Assembly: GCA_018396405.1 (NCBI GenBank)
Contig: JAGTQD010000001.1
Span: forward strand, 5,549 to 69,548
Length of the DNA stretch: 64,000 bases
Direction: 5' to 3'
DNA from: Candidatus Bathyarchaeota archaeon
GTDB lineage: Archaea; Thermoproteota; Bathyarchaeia; Bathyarchaeales; DTEX01
This document shows positions 1 through 8,347 of the stretch, one piece after another. Within the stretch, counting starts at the first letter, position 1; each line of letters begins with the position of its first letter. The notes beneath the pieces were generated by a model. It had not been told where the DNA came from. It did not search any database and was given only the letters and a program-made list of their open reading frames with translations. A program made the position numbers and the translations under genes.

Positions 1-629
1 TTAGCAACATAATAGAGCTTTCTAATCATTCCCTCTGGCCCACAAGCATATATCACATCAATTCTTCTTGAACGAAGAATTTCTTCAGCTATATCTGTTG
101 CCAGCCCCTTCAGTCCATAGCTTCCATTCTCGGTGGTAAAGTATACGTTAATTTTGCCCAATCTTGAGAGACCCTCAAGCTTATCTAAGAAGACTATTTT
201 ATCTCTTGTTTCGGCACCATTAACAACGGTCACCTTAACGTTCCTTTCAATAAGCTTATTTATAAGTAGCATGAGTGGGGCCATGCCGACCCCGCCTCCA
301 ACAATAAGGGACTCACCATCAATAACTTTAAATCCATTACCAAACGGCCCCCTAACACCTATCAAGTCGCCAGGTTTCATGCCTGTAAGGGCTCTGGTTG
401 CCTCTCCAACTTCGGCAACAGTTATTGATGAAGAACCATCCTGATATATGGAAGATATGCTGAGGGGTATTTCGTCCACGCCGGGTATCCAGACCATAAC
501 AAACTGGCCCGGCTTAGATAAGGCGCACATCTCATCTCTAAAGAAAATCGTTTTAACATGGGGATTTTCTGACCTAACATCTGATATCTTAACAATGCGT
601 ATCTCATTATTTCTTATGGGCCAAACCAA
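1..629 (-). CDS. pyrK: dihydroorotate dehydrogenase electron-transfer subunit PyrK (partial; 3' end runs off the window; TTG start overlapping the pyrD stop)
   Basis: My own minus-strand translation, a frame absent from the ORF track: (M)VWPIRNNEIRIVKISDVRSENPHVKTIFFRD..GVRGPFGNGF..LIVGGGVGMAPL..YACGPEGM. These are ferredoxin-reductase-type FAD/NAD motifs. It lies directly downstream of pyrD. Confidence 0.8.
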   Translation of the reverse strand, partial: MVWPIRNNEIRIVKISDVRSENPHVKTIFFRDEMCALSKPGQFVMVWIPGVDEIPLSISSIYQDGSSSITVAEVGEATRALTGMKPGDLIGVRGPFGNGFKVIDGESLIVGGGVGMAPLMLLINKLIERNVKVTVVNGAETRDKIVFLDKLEGLSRLGKINVYFTTENGSYGLKGLATDIAEEILRSRRIDVIYACGPEGMIRKLYYVA

Positions 630-1548
630 TTATCTCACGCACGCTCTTAAAGTTCTTTCTCGCCAAATATTCAGCTAAGCCCCTGCAAATGTTCTTAAAT
701 ATTGATAGTCCTTCGACAGCTATCGCTGAGCCCACCTGAATAGCACTTGCTCCGGCAAGCATAAATTCAACAGCATCCTCCCAGCTCCATATACCGCCAC
801 ACCCAATTATCGGTACACCAACAGCCTCATAAATCTCATAAACGCATCTAATCGCTATCGGCTTTATCGCCGGCCCGGAGAGACCGCCAAATCTGTTAGA
901 TAATATTGGTCTAAAGGTTTCGACATCTATTGCCATGGCCTTAACAGTATTTATGGCGGTGATTGCATCAGCCCCTGCTGAAACAGCTGCATCAGCTAGC
1001 CTCACTATGTCAGCCGTGTTTGGAGTCAGTTTAGCGAACACTGGCTTCTTAACACTCCCTTTAACTGCCTCTACGATTAGCTTAACCATTCTTGGATCCT
1101 GTCCAATCTCGGCACCAGTCCCCTTAACGTGTGGACAGGACAAATTAAGCTCTATAGCGCTTGCTCCAGCATCCTCAGCCAGACCAGCAACTTCAGCATA
1201 TTCCTCTGGGGAGAAACCAAATACGCTAACTATAACTGGAACACTTAGATCCCTCAGCATTCTTATTTCTTCAACAAACTTATGGATTCCCGGGTTTGGA
1301 AGCCCAACGGCATTTAAGAAGCCACATTTAACCTGTATTACTGTGGGGTTCGGGTATCCACTGCTAGGCTTTAATCCAATAGACTTCGTTACAACCGCGC
1401 CTGCGCCGGAGTCGGCAGCTCTTCTCAATGTCTCAGCGGACATTCCAAGTATTCCAGAAGCAAGCATAGTTGGGTTTGGCATAAATAGGCTGGCAATATG
1501 TATGCTCATGTCTATGAAGTCGATTACCCCGCCCATCCATACTCCCAT
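607..1548 (-). CDS. pyrD: dihydroorotate dehydrogenase catalytic subunit (class 1B type)
   Basis: Contains NPTMLASGILG, IELNLSCPH and GGLSGPAIKPIA motifs. The true start is possibly the internal ATG near 1509 (MSIHIASLFMPNP). Confidence 0.9.
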   Translation of the reverse strand: MGVWMGGVIDFIDMSIHIASLFMPNPTMLASGILGMSAETLRRAADSGAGAVVTKSIGLKPSSGYPNPTVIQVKCGFLNAVGLPNPGIHKFVEEIRMLRDLSVPVIVSVFGFSPEEYAEVAGLAEDAGASAIELNLSCPHVKGTGAEIGQDPRMVKLIVEAVKGSVKKPVFAKLTPNTADIVRLADAAVSAGADAITAINTVKAMAIDVETFRPILSNRFGGLSGPAIKPIAIRCVYEIYEAVGVPIIGCGGIWSWEDAVEFMLAGASAIQVGSAIAVEGLSIFKNICRGLAEYLARKNFKSVREIIGLAHKK

Positions 1549-1612
1549 CGTATTTCTTTTGGCTCAGTAAATACATATATTTGCTTAGTTTAATTTTTAT
1601 AGGGATGAAGAC

Positions 1613-2833
1613 TTGGTGAGCGTCTTGAAGGTTGCTATTGTACCAAGCGTTATGGGCATTTTGGCTGTTAATGAAGAGGGTGGAATAGTTGATAAAGAGG
1701 TTTTTGAAAAGGATGCTGTTAAGATCGCCGAGAAGTTATTCGCTCTAGAACAGGGAAGAATTATACCTGAGGTAAGAAGTCTCGTGGAGAGATTGAAGAT
1801 CAAAAATTATACGCTGGTGTTTGAGAGACAGGAGCTAGCGGAGCAGATAAGAGAGGAACTCAAGGTGAATACTGAAGTTAAATCCTTAGCCACCTTTACC
1901 GAGAAGATGCGGGAAAATATGGGTGAGATTGGCGTTGAAGTTGGCTTCTTAAAGGAGCCATCTGAAATATCTACATGGATACGCGAGGTAACAATCGAGC
2001 TCTCAAAGTTTAGGATAAAAAAGGCTACTGAGAAAAGGGATCTCCTAGTAATCCAAGCCGTTCATGCCCTTGATGACTTAGATCAAACATTAAATTTGTT
2101 TGCAAGCCGCATACGTGAGTGGTATGGGATACATTTTCCAGAGCTTAGCCGCCTAATAGATAGACATGAAACTTTTGTTAGACTTATATACCTTTTTGGG
2201 CGGAGAGAAAACTTTACGCCTGAGAGACTTGAGAAGGAGGGTTTCCCAAAAAATAAAATAATGCAGATAATCGAGGCTGCTAAATCATCAATGGGCGCAG
2301 ACTTAGAGGATAAAGATATAGAGCAATTAAGAAGGCTCTCAAAACAAGTTATGCAATTATATGAGATTAGAGCCAACATGGAAAAATATATTGAGGAGAT
2401 CATGGAGGAAGTCGCCCCAAACCTTAAGGCGTTGGCTGGACCATCAATAGGCGCTAGGCTAATAGCCCTTGCCGGAGGATTAGAGAACCTCGCTAAGCTG
2501 CCAGCCAGCACGGTTCAGGTCCTCGGGGCTGAGAAGGCACTTTTCAGAGCTCTTAGAACTGGTGGCAAGCCGCCAAAGCATGGAGTAATCTTTCAGCACG
2601 CTTTGGTATTTAAGGCTAAGAAGTGGCTTAGGGGAAAGATCGCTAGGGCTCTCGCTGGGAAGCTCTCTATAGCCGCTAGGACCGACGCCTTTACTGGCAA
2701 TTATATAGGTGACGAACTTAAGGAGGATTTAATGAAGAGGGTTAAGGAGATCGAGGAAAAGTATCCTGCACCACCCAAAGTCAAGAAGACCGCGAAGAAG
2801 GCTGCTAAGAAAGTTAGGAGTAAAAGTGGTTGA
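1613..2833 (+). CDS. nop5: C/D box sRNP core protein Nop5 (Nop56/58)
   Basis: Has a NOP domain (GAEKALFRALRTGGKPPKHGVIFQH) and a Lys-rich tail. It is followed by fibrillarin, the conserved archaeal pair. Confidence 0.95.
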   Translation: MVSVLKVAIVPSVMGILAVNEEGGIVDKEVFEKDAVKIAEKLFALEQGRIIPEVRSLVERLKIKNYTLVFERQELAEQIREELKVNTEVKSLATFTEKMRENMGEIGVEVGFLKEPSEISTWIREVTIELSKFRIKKATEKRDLLVIQAVHALDDLDQTLNLFASRIREWYGIHFPELSRLIDRHETFVRLIYLFGRRENFTPERLEKEGFPKNKIMQIIEAAKSSMGADLEDKDIEQLRRLSKQVMQLYEIRANMEKYIEEIMEEVAPNLKALAGPSIGARLIALAGGLENLAKLPASTVQVLGAEKALFRALRTGGKPPKHGVIFQHALVFKAKKWLRGKIARALAGKLSIAARTDAFTGNYIGDELKEDLMKRVKEIEEKYPAPPKVKKTAKKAAKKVRSKSG

Positions 2834-2845
2834 AGGTGACAGTTT

Positions 2846-3550
2846 ATGAGCGTTAAAGTTGAACCCATGCCAAAATTTGACGGTGTATACCAAGTTACTC
2901 TCGAGGACGGGAGTAAGAGGATAGCCTCAAAGAACCTTGCTCCTGGCAGGGATGTTTACGGAGAGCGCTTAATAAAATATAAGGACGCAGAGTATAGGCT
3001 CTGGGATCCATATAGAAGCAAGATCGCTGCGGCAATACTTAAAGGGTTAAAGATGCTCCCAATAAAGCTAGGCTATAAGGTTCTATATTTAGGGGCTGCT
3101 TCAGGGACGACTGCAAGTCATGTTTCAGACATAATTGGAGAGGAAGGGCACGTTTACTGCATAGAGTTTGCTCCAAGACCCTTAAAGGAGCTCATAAATA
3201 ATGTTTGCAGATATAGACCTAACATGTCACCGATACTGGCTGATGCAAGGTTCCCAGAAAAATATGCGCATTTAGTTGAAAAAGTTGATATGATCTACTG
3301 TGATATAGCGCAGCCAGAGCAAGCCCAGATACTGGTAGATAACGCGAAGATTTTTCTTAAGAAGGGTGGGTGGATAATGCTTGCAATAAAGGCTAGGAGC
3401 ATAGACGTAACAAAGGAGCCGAGCGAGGTCTATAAGAGGGAAATAGCTATTCTAGAGAAGAATGGGTTTCAAATACACCAGGTGGTTCACTTAGAACCCT
3501 ATGATAAAGACCACGCAATGATCTTAGCACAGTATTTACCAAGCCAATAA
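2846..3550 (+). CDS. flpA: fibrillarin-like rRNA/tRNA 2'-O-methyltransferase
   Basis: Contains VLYLGAASGTTASHVSDI, a SAM-binding motif. Size is 234 aa and it is adjacent to nop5. Confidence 0.95.
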   Translation: MSVKVEPMPKFDGVYQVTLEDGSKRIASKNLAPGRDVYGERLIKYKDAEYRLWDPYRSKIAAAILKGLKMLPIKLGYKVLYLGAASGTTASHVSDIIGEEGHVYCIEFAPRPLKELINNVCRYRPNMSPILADARFPEKYAHLVEKVDMIYCDIAQPEQAQILVDNAKIFLKKGGWIMLAIKARSIDVTKEPSEVYKREIAILEKNGFQIHQVVHLEPYDKDHAMILAQYLPSQ

Positions 3551-3596
3551 ATACTCCGATAGGTCTTAATGCTAATAAAGGGAGGAGGAAAAACCT

Positions 3597-4268
3597 TTGG
3601 ATATTTACCCCCAATGTGCGAAGTGTAAAATAGTTTACTGCGTAGCTTCTCCAAGAGAAGAGATTAACGAAAACCTACTTCCAAGCTTCTGCCCAATGAG
3701 GAATGCGGAGCAGGCGATAAGATCCGCACAGGTTATGTATAATGATGAACGAGTAAAGAAGCTCTATCTGGTCTCATCAATAATAGAGAAAAAAGCCTAC
3801 GAGGTCGTTAGGGGAACATTAATGCCAGTATATCCAAGAATAAGGGAGATTATAGAATTCTGTAAGATGATTGACGCTAAAAAGTTAGGTGTAGCTTTCT
3901 GCACGGGACTTCACGATGAGGCAGCGAGAGTAACAACGGTTCTTGAGGAATCTGGGTTTACTGTGCTTTCGGTTAGATGTAAATGCGGGGCTATCGATAA
4001 GACAGATCTCTCTATACCACGCGAATATAAAATTAGAGACCCAAACAAGTATGAGGCAGCATGCAACCCCATAGCCCAAGCCCAGATACTGAATGAGGCT
4101 GGAACAGACCTAAATATAATTGTTGGCTTATGCGTTGGGCATGATATACTCTTCACAATGCATTCAAAGGCCCCGGTAACAACCCTAATCGTCAAGGACC
4201 GTCTTCTTGGACATAACCCTCTAATCGCCCTCTACAGCAACTACCACAAAAACATCATAAAACCATGA
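3597..4268 (+). CDS. Cys-rich metal-binding protein, DUF1847-like
   Basis: TTG start. Multiple conserved Cys (CAKCKIVYC, FCPM, CKCG, GLCVGHD). The overall pattern recalls DUF1847; this assignment is from memory only. Confidence 0.5.
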   Translation: MDIYPQCAKCKIVYCVASPREEINENLLPSFCPMRNAEQAIRSAQVMYNDERVKKLYLVSSIIEKKAYEVVRGTLMPVYPRIREIIEFCKMIDAKKLGVAFCTGLHDEAARVTTVLEESGFTVLSVRCKCGAIDKTDLSIPREYKIRDPNKYEAACNPIAQAQILNEAGTDLNIIVGLCVGHDILFTMHSKAPVTTLIVKDRLLGHNPLIALYSNYHKNIIKP

Positions 4269-4564
4269 GAACCTAAGCTACGTAGACATATTAACCAACT
4301 AAGTCAAAATTTTGTATACTTCTCAGTTAAGCCTATTAACATTCCTCAAAAGGGATAAAGCGTATAAAGTTGGATAATTTTCTTCAGGGCATTGATTTAA
4401 ATTTAAACAGAATACTTTTTATTTTAAATAGAGTAATGCCTGTGACACTTATTCGAAAAGGAAATACGGTATTTTCCAAAAATGAAAAAATTCCGAGCAG
4501 TTTAGATAGCATGGGCGTGGATAGAATAGTATATGAACCTGAACTGCCAATTTAGATGAGATTA

Positions 4565-5812
4565 TTAATGGCTTTCACTTTTACTTTTACAGTTCAGTGT
4601 CTCGGGAACTAGGCACAAAAGTATGATTACTAGAATTTCTACCAAGACAGGAACTACTATGATTAATGCCCCGAAGCCACAATCCCAAAGGATGCCTCCA
4701 GTAATGGTAAGCATCCTTGACACAGCAGTTATAACACCCTCTAATCCATATAGTTTGCCTGTACTTTTAGAGGGAACAACCTCCCACCACATGGTCAAGA
4801 GGGGAGTCATGGCTGCCCCTCCTATGCCCCCACCAACTATGCCCCCAATTCCCATCCCAAAAATACTGGCTAACATTAAGTATTCAGGTGCCGGGGCAAG
4901 AATTAACATAATTAATCCTATACAATAAAACGTGGTAAACAAGAAGAAAATCTTTTTTCTGCCGAATTTATCCGCAAGCTTGCCTGCCGGAACTTGCATA
5001 AGCAAACCCGATATGACTGACAGAGTTGATAATATGCCCAGCATCGTAGCAGTTGCACCTTTGACGTTAACAATCCATAGGGGAGCAAACGTTATCAGTA
5101 ACCCGTGGGAGCTATCCCGAAAAAGCCTTATTACTATCCAATGCAAAAGATATTTTTCGCTCTTAAAGAATCTTTGATACTCATAAAGTAACATGCTTTT
5201 TTTCTTAGGGTAAACTGTGTTTCTCGTGCCATTAGAAATTGAAATTTCATCCAAACCTTTATATAAAATAAGTAGGACTGCTAAGAGGATGGGAATAGAA
5301 ATGTAATATAGAGGGCGAATTCCGTGCATATTTATACCGCCATAGTAGGTAACAATGACAGATGCTATTAATGGGGCAAATATTGACATTATACCACAAA
5401 ATATCCGTGATAATCCTACGAGAGTGGCTCTTTTATGTGGCTCTGTAAAAGTTATAAAAACTACATCTGCAAGTGGTATTTGCCTAATTATTTGACCATA
5501 TAGAATAAATGCAGGTATGAGTAGGCGCCAATCGTTCGCCAAAGCAAAGATAACCATGGCAGTTATGTCACAGATTAGACCCAGAATCATCATTCTTTTT
5601 ACAGGTTTTCTCTCAATAGCTAAACCAATATATGGGGCGCTAATGAGCAGCACTAGCCCACTTATGAGCATTATTATCCCTATATCAGTACCACCCGCGC
5701 CTAAAGCTTGGGCGAAAAGCACATTATATTGAGCTAAAAGCTGCATAATAAACATATACAAAGATTGAGCAGCTAGCACGACCTTTATTCTTCTATCGAG
5801 ATTCTTAAACAC
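4565..5812 (-). CDS. MFS-type transporter
   Basis: About 12 hydrophobic segments over 415 aa, with a GRKK loop between predicted TM segments. Confidence 0.7.
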   Translation of the reverse strand: MFKNLDRRIKVVLAAQSLYMFIMQLLAQYNVLFAQALGAGGTDIGIIMLISGLVLLISAPYIGLAIERKPVKRMMILGLICDITAMVIFALANDWRLLIPAFILYGQIIRQIPLADVVFITFTEPHKRATLVGLSRIFCGIMSIFAPLIASVIVTYYGGINMHGIRPLYYISIPILLAVLLILYKGLDEISISNGTRNTVYPKKKSMLLYEYQRFFKSEKYLLHWIVIRLFRDSSHGLLITFAPLWIVNVKGATATMLGILSTLSVISGLLMQVPAGKLADKFGRKKIFFLFTTFYCIGLIMLILAPAPEYLMLASIFGMGIGGIVGGGIGGAAMTPLLTMWWEVVPSKSTGKLYGLEGVITAVSRMLTITGGILWDCGFGALIIVVPVLVEILVIILLCLVPETLNCKSKSESH

Positions 5813-6038
5813 TAAGCATCCTCTTCCATGGCAATTAAATAGTTTACTTTGATTATTACTTTAATTATTCAAAAGTGGTTAGACTTAAATAATTTTTATT
5901 TGACAAGGCTCATAGGAAAAAATTGAGTAAAAGGGATTATTTGTCATTAAAGTTAAGCCTAATAGCCTTTTTGTACCTTAACTCCTATTTGATTTTTAAA
6001 AAGCGTGAAGCTTCTTTAAATGGAACTAGATGACTTCT

Positions 6039-6791
6039 TTAACATATTTCTCCAAGGGAGTTATGGAAGAATCTTTTTATGACTCTCGCCACTGGAACTG
6101 ATATCATCAAGCCTATAATCATTTGTCCAATATTTATTGGGATTTCTGCTATAGCGATAGCTTCAATTCCGAAGAGTGGGTATATAAAATATGCCTCGTA
6201 AATGTAATATCCTAGAACCATGACGAGGCCGCCAGCTATTATGGAGAGAATTGTCCAGCCAGCCTCGGGTTGCGCTATGATGCCGATTGATATTATTAAG
6301 AGTATAATGAGGGCTCCGAGAGTCAACCAAAATGCTTGTGGGATATAGTGGACGAAAATAGCATGCCCTAAAGTCAATTCTATGTTTCCGCTATAATATG
6401 ATGAGCCTATAAAAGCTAGTAATGCTCCGACCAGAAGACCTAAAAGCGAAGTCAGTATTCTCCAGCTAGTCCTGCCGATCTTCGGACTGCGGCTACATAG
6501 AAAACCGATGATAAAACCTTCAGATGCCTTAATTAGGAGGGTTGCAGGAGCATAATAGTAGTAGCCTAATAGAATGTCGGCAAGCATCGAGCCAACTCCG
6601 CCAGCAAATGCGCCAATAAATGGTCCAAATAGTATGGCTGAGAGATAAACCATTGTCTCCCCCATATTAAAGAAGCCTCTTGACGCCGGGACATATACTG
6701 TGAAGAGCATTGTTGCCGCGCAAACTAACGCTGTCGTTACCGCTATGGAAGATACTACTTTAGATGTTTTGCTAACTCTCATCTTGCCCAC
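6039..6791 (-). CDS. ECF-transporter S-component-like membrane protein (substrate unknown)
   Basis: Polytopic, 250 aa, with Gly-rich helices (FGPFIGAFAGGVGSMLADILLG). There are no ECF A/T genes nearby. The start may be the ATG at 6782 rather than the GTG at 6791. Confidence 0.55.
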   Translation of the reverse strand: MGKMRVSKTSKVVSSIAVTTALVCAATMLFTVYVPASRGFFNMGETMVYLSAILFGPFIGAFAGGVGSMLADILLGYYYYAPATLLIKASEGFIIGFLCSRSPKIGRTSWRILTSLLGLLVGALLAFIGSSYYSGNIELTLGHAIFVHYIPQAFWLTLGALIILLIISIGIIAQPEAGWTILSIIAGGLVMVLGYYIYEAYFIYPLFGIEAIAIAEIPINIGQMIIGLMISVPVARVIKRFFHNSLGEIC

Positions 6792-6813
6792 TAGTATAGT
6801 TAAAACTATACTA
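6792..6813. promoter_or_regulatory. perfect 22-bp palindrome TAGTATAGTT-AA-AACTATACTA (candidate operator)
   Basis: Read directly from the sequence. It lies between a TATA-like box (6816-6828) and the start codon of the ECF-S gene. Confidence 0.6.
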
Positions 6814-6815
6814 TC

Positions 6816-6828
6816 TTTTTTATAAAAC
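6816..6828 (-). promoter_or_regulatory. TATA-box-like element (minus strand TTTTATAAAAAAG)
   Basis: AT-rich TATA consensus about 35-45 nt upstream of the candidate start codons of the 6039-6791 gene. Confidence 0.5.
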
Positions 6829-6846
6829 TTTCGTCGCTGCCTATTT

Positions 6847-8250
6847 TTATCCCATAAGAATCTTGACTTCCTCTATGGCTTCAAGTATCCTCCTGCCTTT
6901 CTGAGTTATTGTAAAGTATTTTCGGCCATCTCTCACCTGAACGGATATTAAGCCCTTATTTTTTAGCTCATTCAGGTGCTGGTATATGGCGGCTTTTGTC
7001 ATGGTTTTGCCAATCTCTTTCCATATTTCATACCCATAGGTTTCCCTCTCAGCTATTATACGCAATATCCTCTCTTTCGTGCTCAAATCGGCTTCCACAA
7101 GAGCCATTTTGCGCCTCTTTGACATGGCTTGTAGGACATCTGTTGCCTTAAGACCGCTTCCAGTTACTAGGCAGACTATTCTCTCATCACCGCCGATAAC
7201 TGACTGATCTATGAGCCTCTTTAATGCAGCTATAGTTCCAGAGCTTGCTGGTTCAGCAAATAAGCCTTCCATCTTCGCTATTTCCTGCTCTGCCTCAAGT
7301 ATTTCCTGGTCAGAGACGGAGACTGCCAGCCCATTTGACTCTCTAATGGCCTTTAGGGCAAGATTTTCTCTTAGTGGGTTGGCCATGAGGATGCTTGTAG
7401 CCCTAGTCATTGGATTCTTAATCGGCTCCCTCCTACCTAAGTATGCGTTTACTATGGGTGGGCAGCCGATCGATTGAACGCCGATTAATCTTGGTGTGCC
7501 GTTAATTATTCCAAGGTCATTGAGTTCACGGAAGCCCTTCCAAATAGAGTATATTGTTCCTCCGCTTCCCATAGGCACGATTATAACGTCTGGCACCCCA
7601 ATTTGCTCGGCTATCTCAAAGGCTATCGTCTTCTGCGCCTCAATAGTAAGCGGGTTTATGGCTGATGTGGCCTGGTACCAGCCGGTCTCCTCAGAGATGC
7701 TTATCGCCTCTTTTATCGAGTCATCAACGGTCTCTCCATGCTCCTCAATGAGGGCATCATAGATTATCATCTGGGCCAGTTTTCCTATGTCAACGTTCTT
7801 CGGTATTATTATATGACAGGATAGCCCATGCTTTGCACAGTATGCTGCTAGGGCAGCTCCCATGTTTCCATTTGATGCGCAGACCGCCGTCGTATAGCCG
7901 AGGTCAATCATGTTTGAGACTATTAGTGCAGCGGCTCTGTCTCTAAAGGAGTTTGTTGGGTTTCGCGTCTCATCTTTCAAATATAGATGTGAGACTTTTA
8001 GGTGTCTAGCTAGGCGCTCAGCTTTATATAGCGGTGTTCCACCCTCCCGTAATGATACACAATTTTTTACCCTTGGAAGAAGACTCATATACCTCCAAAA
8101 GCCGAATTCTCCAGTAAAACTAACCTCTCCAAGAGACTCATAGTCGATTTTATACTCAAGTGTCCCAACTTCGCCGCAACTCCTACACCTATATTCCTGG
8201 CCTTTAACCTCAAATTCCTCGTGACATTTAGTGCATACCAGAGTTGACAT
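6847..8250 (-). CDS. threonine-synthase-fold protein lacking the PLP lysine, fused to a C-terminal PadR-like winged-helix domain
   Basis: Collinear with the adjacent thrC, but has NPTNSFRDRA where thrC has NPTGSFKDRG. It carries an extra C-terminal ~80 aa with a wHTH pattern. Confidence 0.8.
   Translation of the reverse strand: MSTLVCTKCHEEFEVKGQEYRCRSCGEVGTLEYKIDYESLGEVSFTGEFGFWRYMSLLPRVKNCVSLREGGTPLYKAERLARHLKVSHLYLKDETRNPTNSFRDRAAALIVSNMIDLGYTTAVCASNGNMGAALAAYCAKHGLSCHIIIPKNVDIGKLAQMIIYDALIEEHGETVDDSIKEAISISEETGWYQATSAINPLTIEAQKTIAFEIAEQIGVPDVIIVPMGSGGTIYSIWKGFRELNDLGIINGTPRLIGVQSIGCPPIVNAYLGRREPIKNPMTRATSILMANPLRENLALKAIRESNGLAVSVSDQEILEAEQEIAKMEGLFAEPASSGTIAALKRLIDQSVIGGDERIVCLVTGSGLKATDVLQAMSKRRKMALVEADLSTKERILRIIAERETYGYEIWKEIGKTMTKAAIYQHLNELKNKGLISVQVRDGRKYFTITQKGRRILEAIEEVKILMG
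6850..7083 (-). other. PadR/MarR-like winged-helix domain of the ThrC-like fusion
   Basis: ERILRIIAERETYGYEIWKEIGKTMTKAAIYQHLNELKNKGLISVQVRDGRKYFTITQKGRRILEAIE. Confidence 0.6.
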
Positions 8251-8347
8251 TTTCCTCCTCGAATACTATAATTTTTAGAAGCTTTTAAATAATCCTTTTA
8301 GCCAGATAAGGATGCGGCATGAACTGGTATAATGGTGCCTGCGAAAA

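Noticed and set aside
422-607. Track ORF of 61 aa on the minus strand (MRYALLRYQMLGQ...).
   Set aside because: It is in the wrong frame. The same DNA in another minus-strand frame encodes an uninterrupted PyrK-like protein with clear motifs.
935-1570. Long antisense ORFs opposite real genes. Examples: 935-1570, 8950-9555, 20562-21242, 26525-27076, 41374-41562, 52674-53084, 60136-60510, and 62761-63945 opposite arlI.
   Set aside because: Their translations are low-complexity (rich in S, P, L, A and I) with no motifs. Each lies fully inside a gene with strong family signatures on the other strand. This is a typical shadow-frame artefact.
4370-4555. Track ORF of 61 aa (TTG start) in the AT-rich spacer between the DUF1847 and MFS genes.
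   Set aside because: It has an AT-rich, low-information composition, no motif, and no ribosome-binding or promoter context. It is probably non-coding spacer.
4269-6038. MFS transporter flanked by unusually long AT-rich spacers (296 and 226 bp), which might indicate horizontal acquisition.
   Set aside because: There are no flanking repeats, integrase or tRNA. I cannot quantify a compositional difference without computation.
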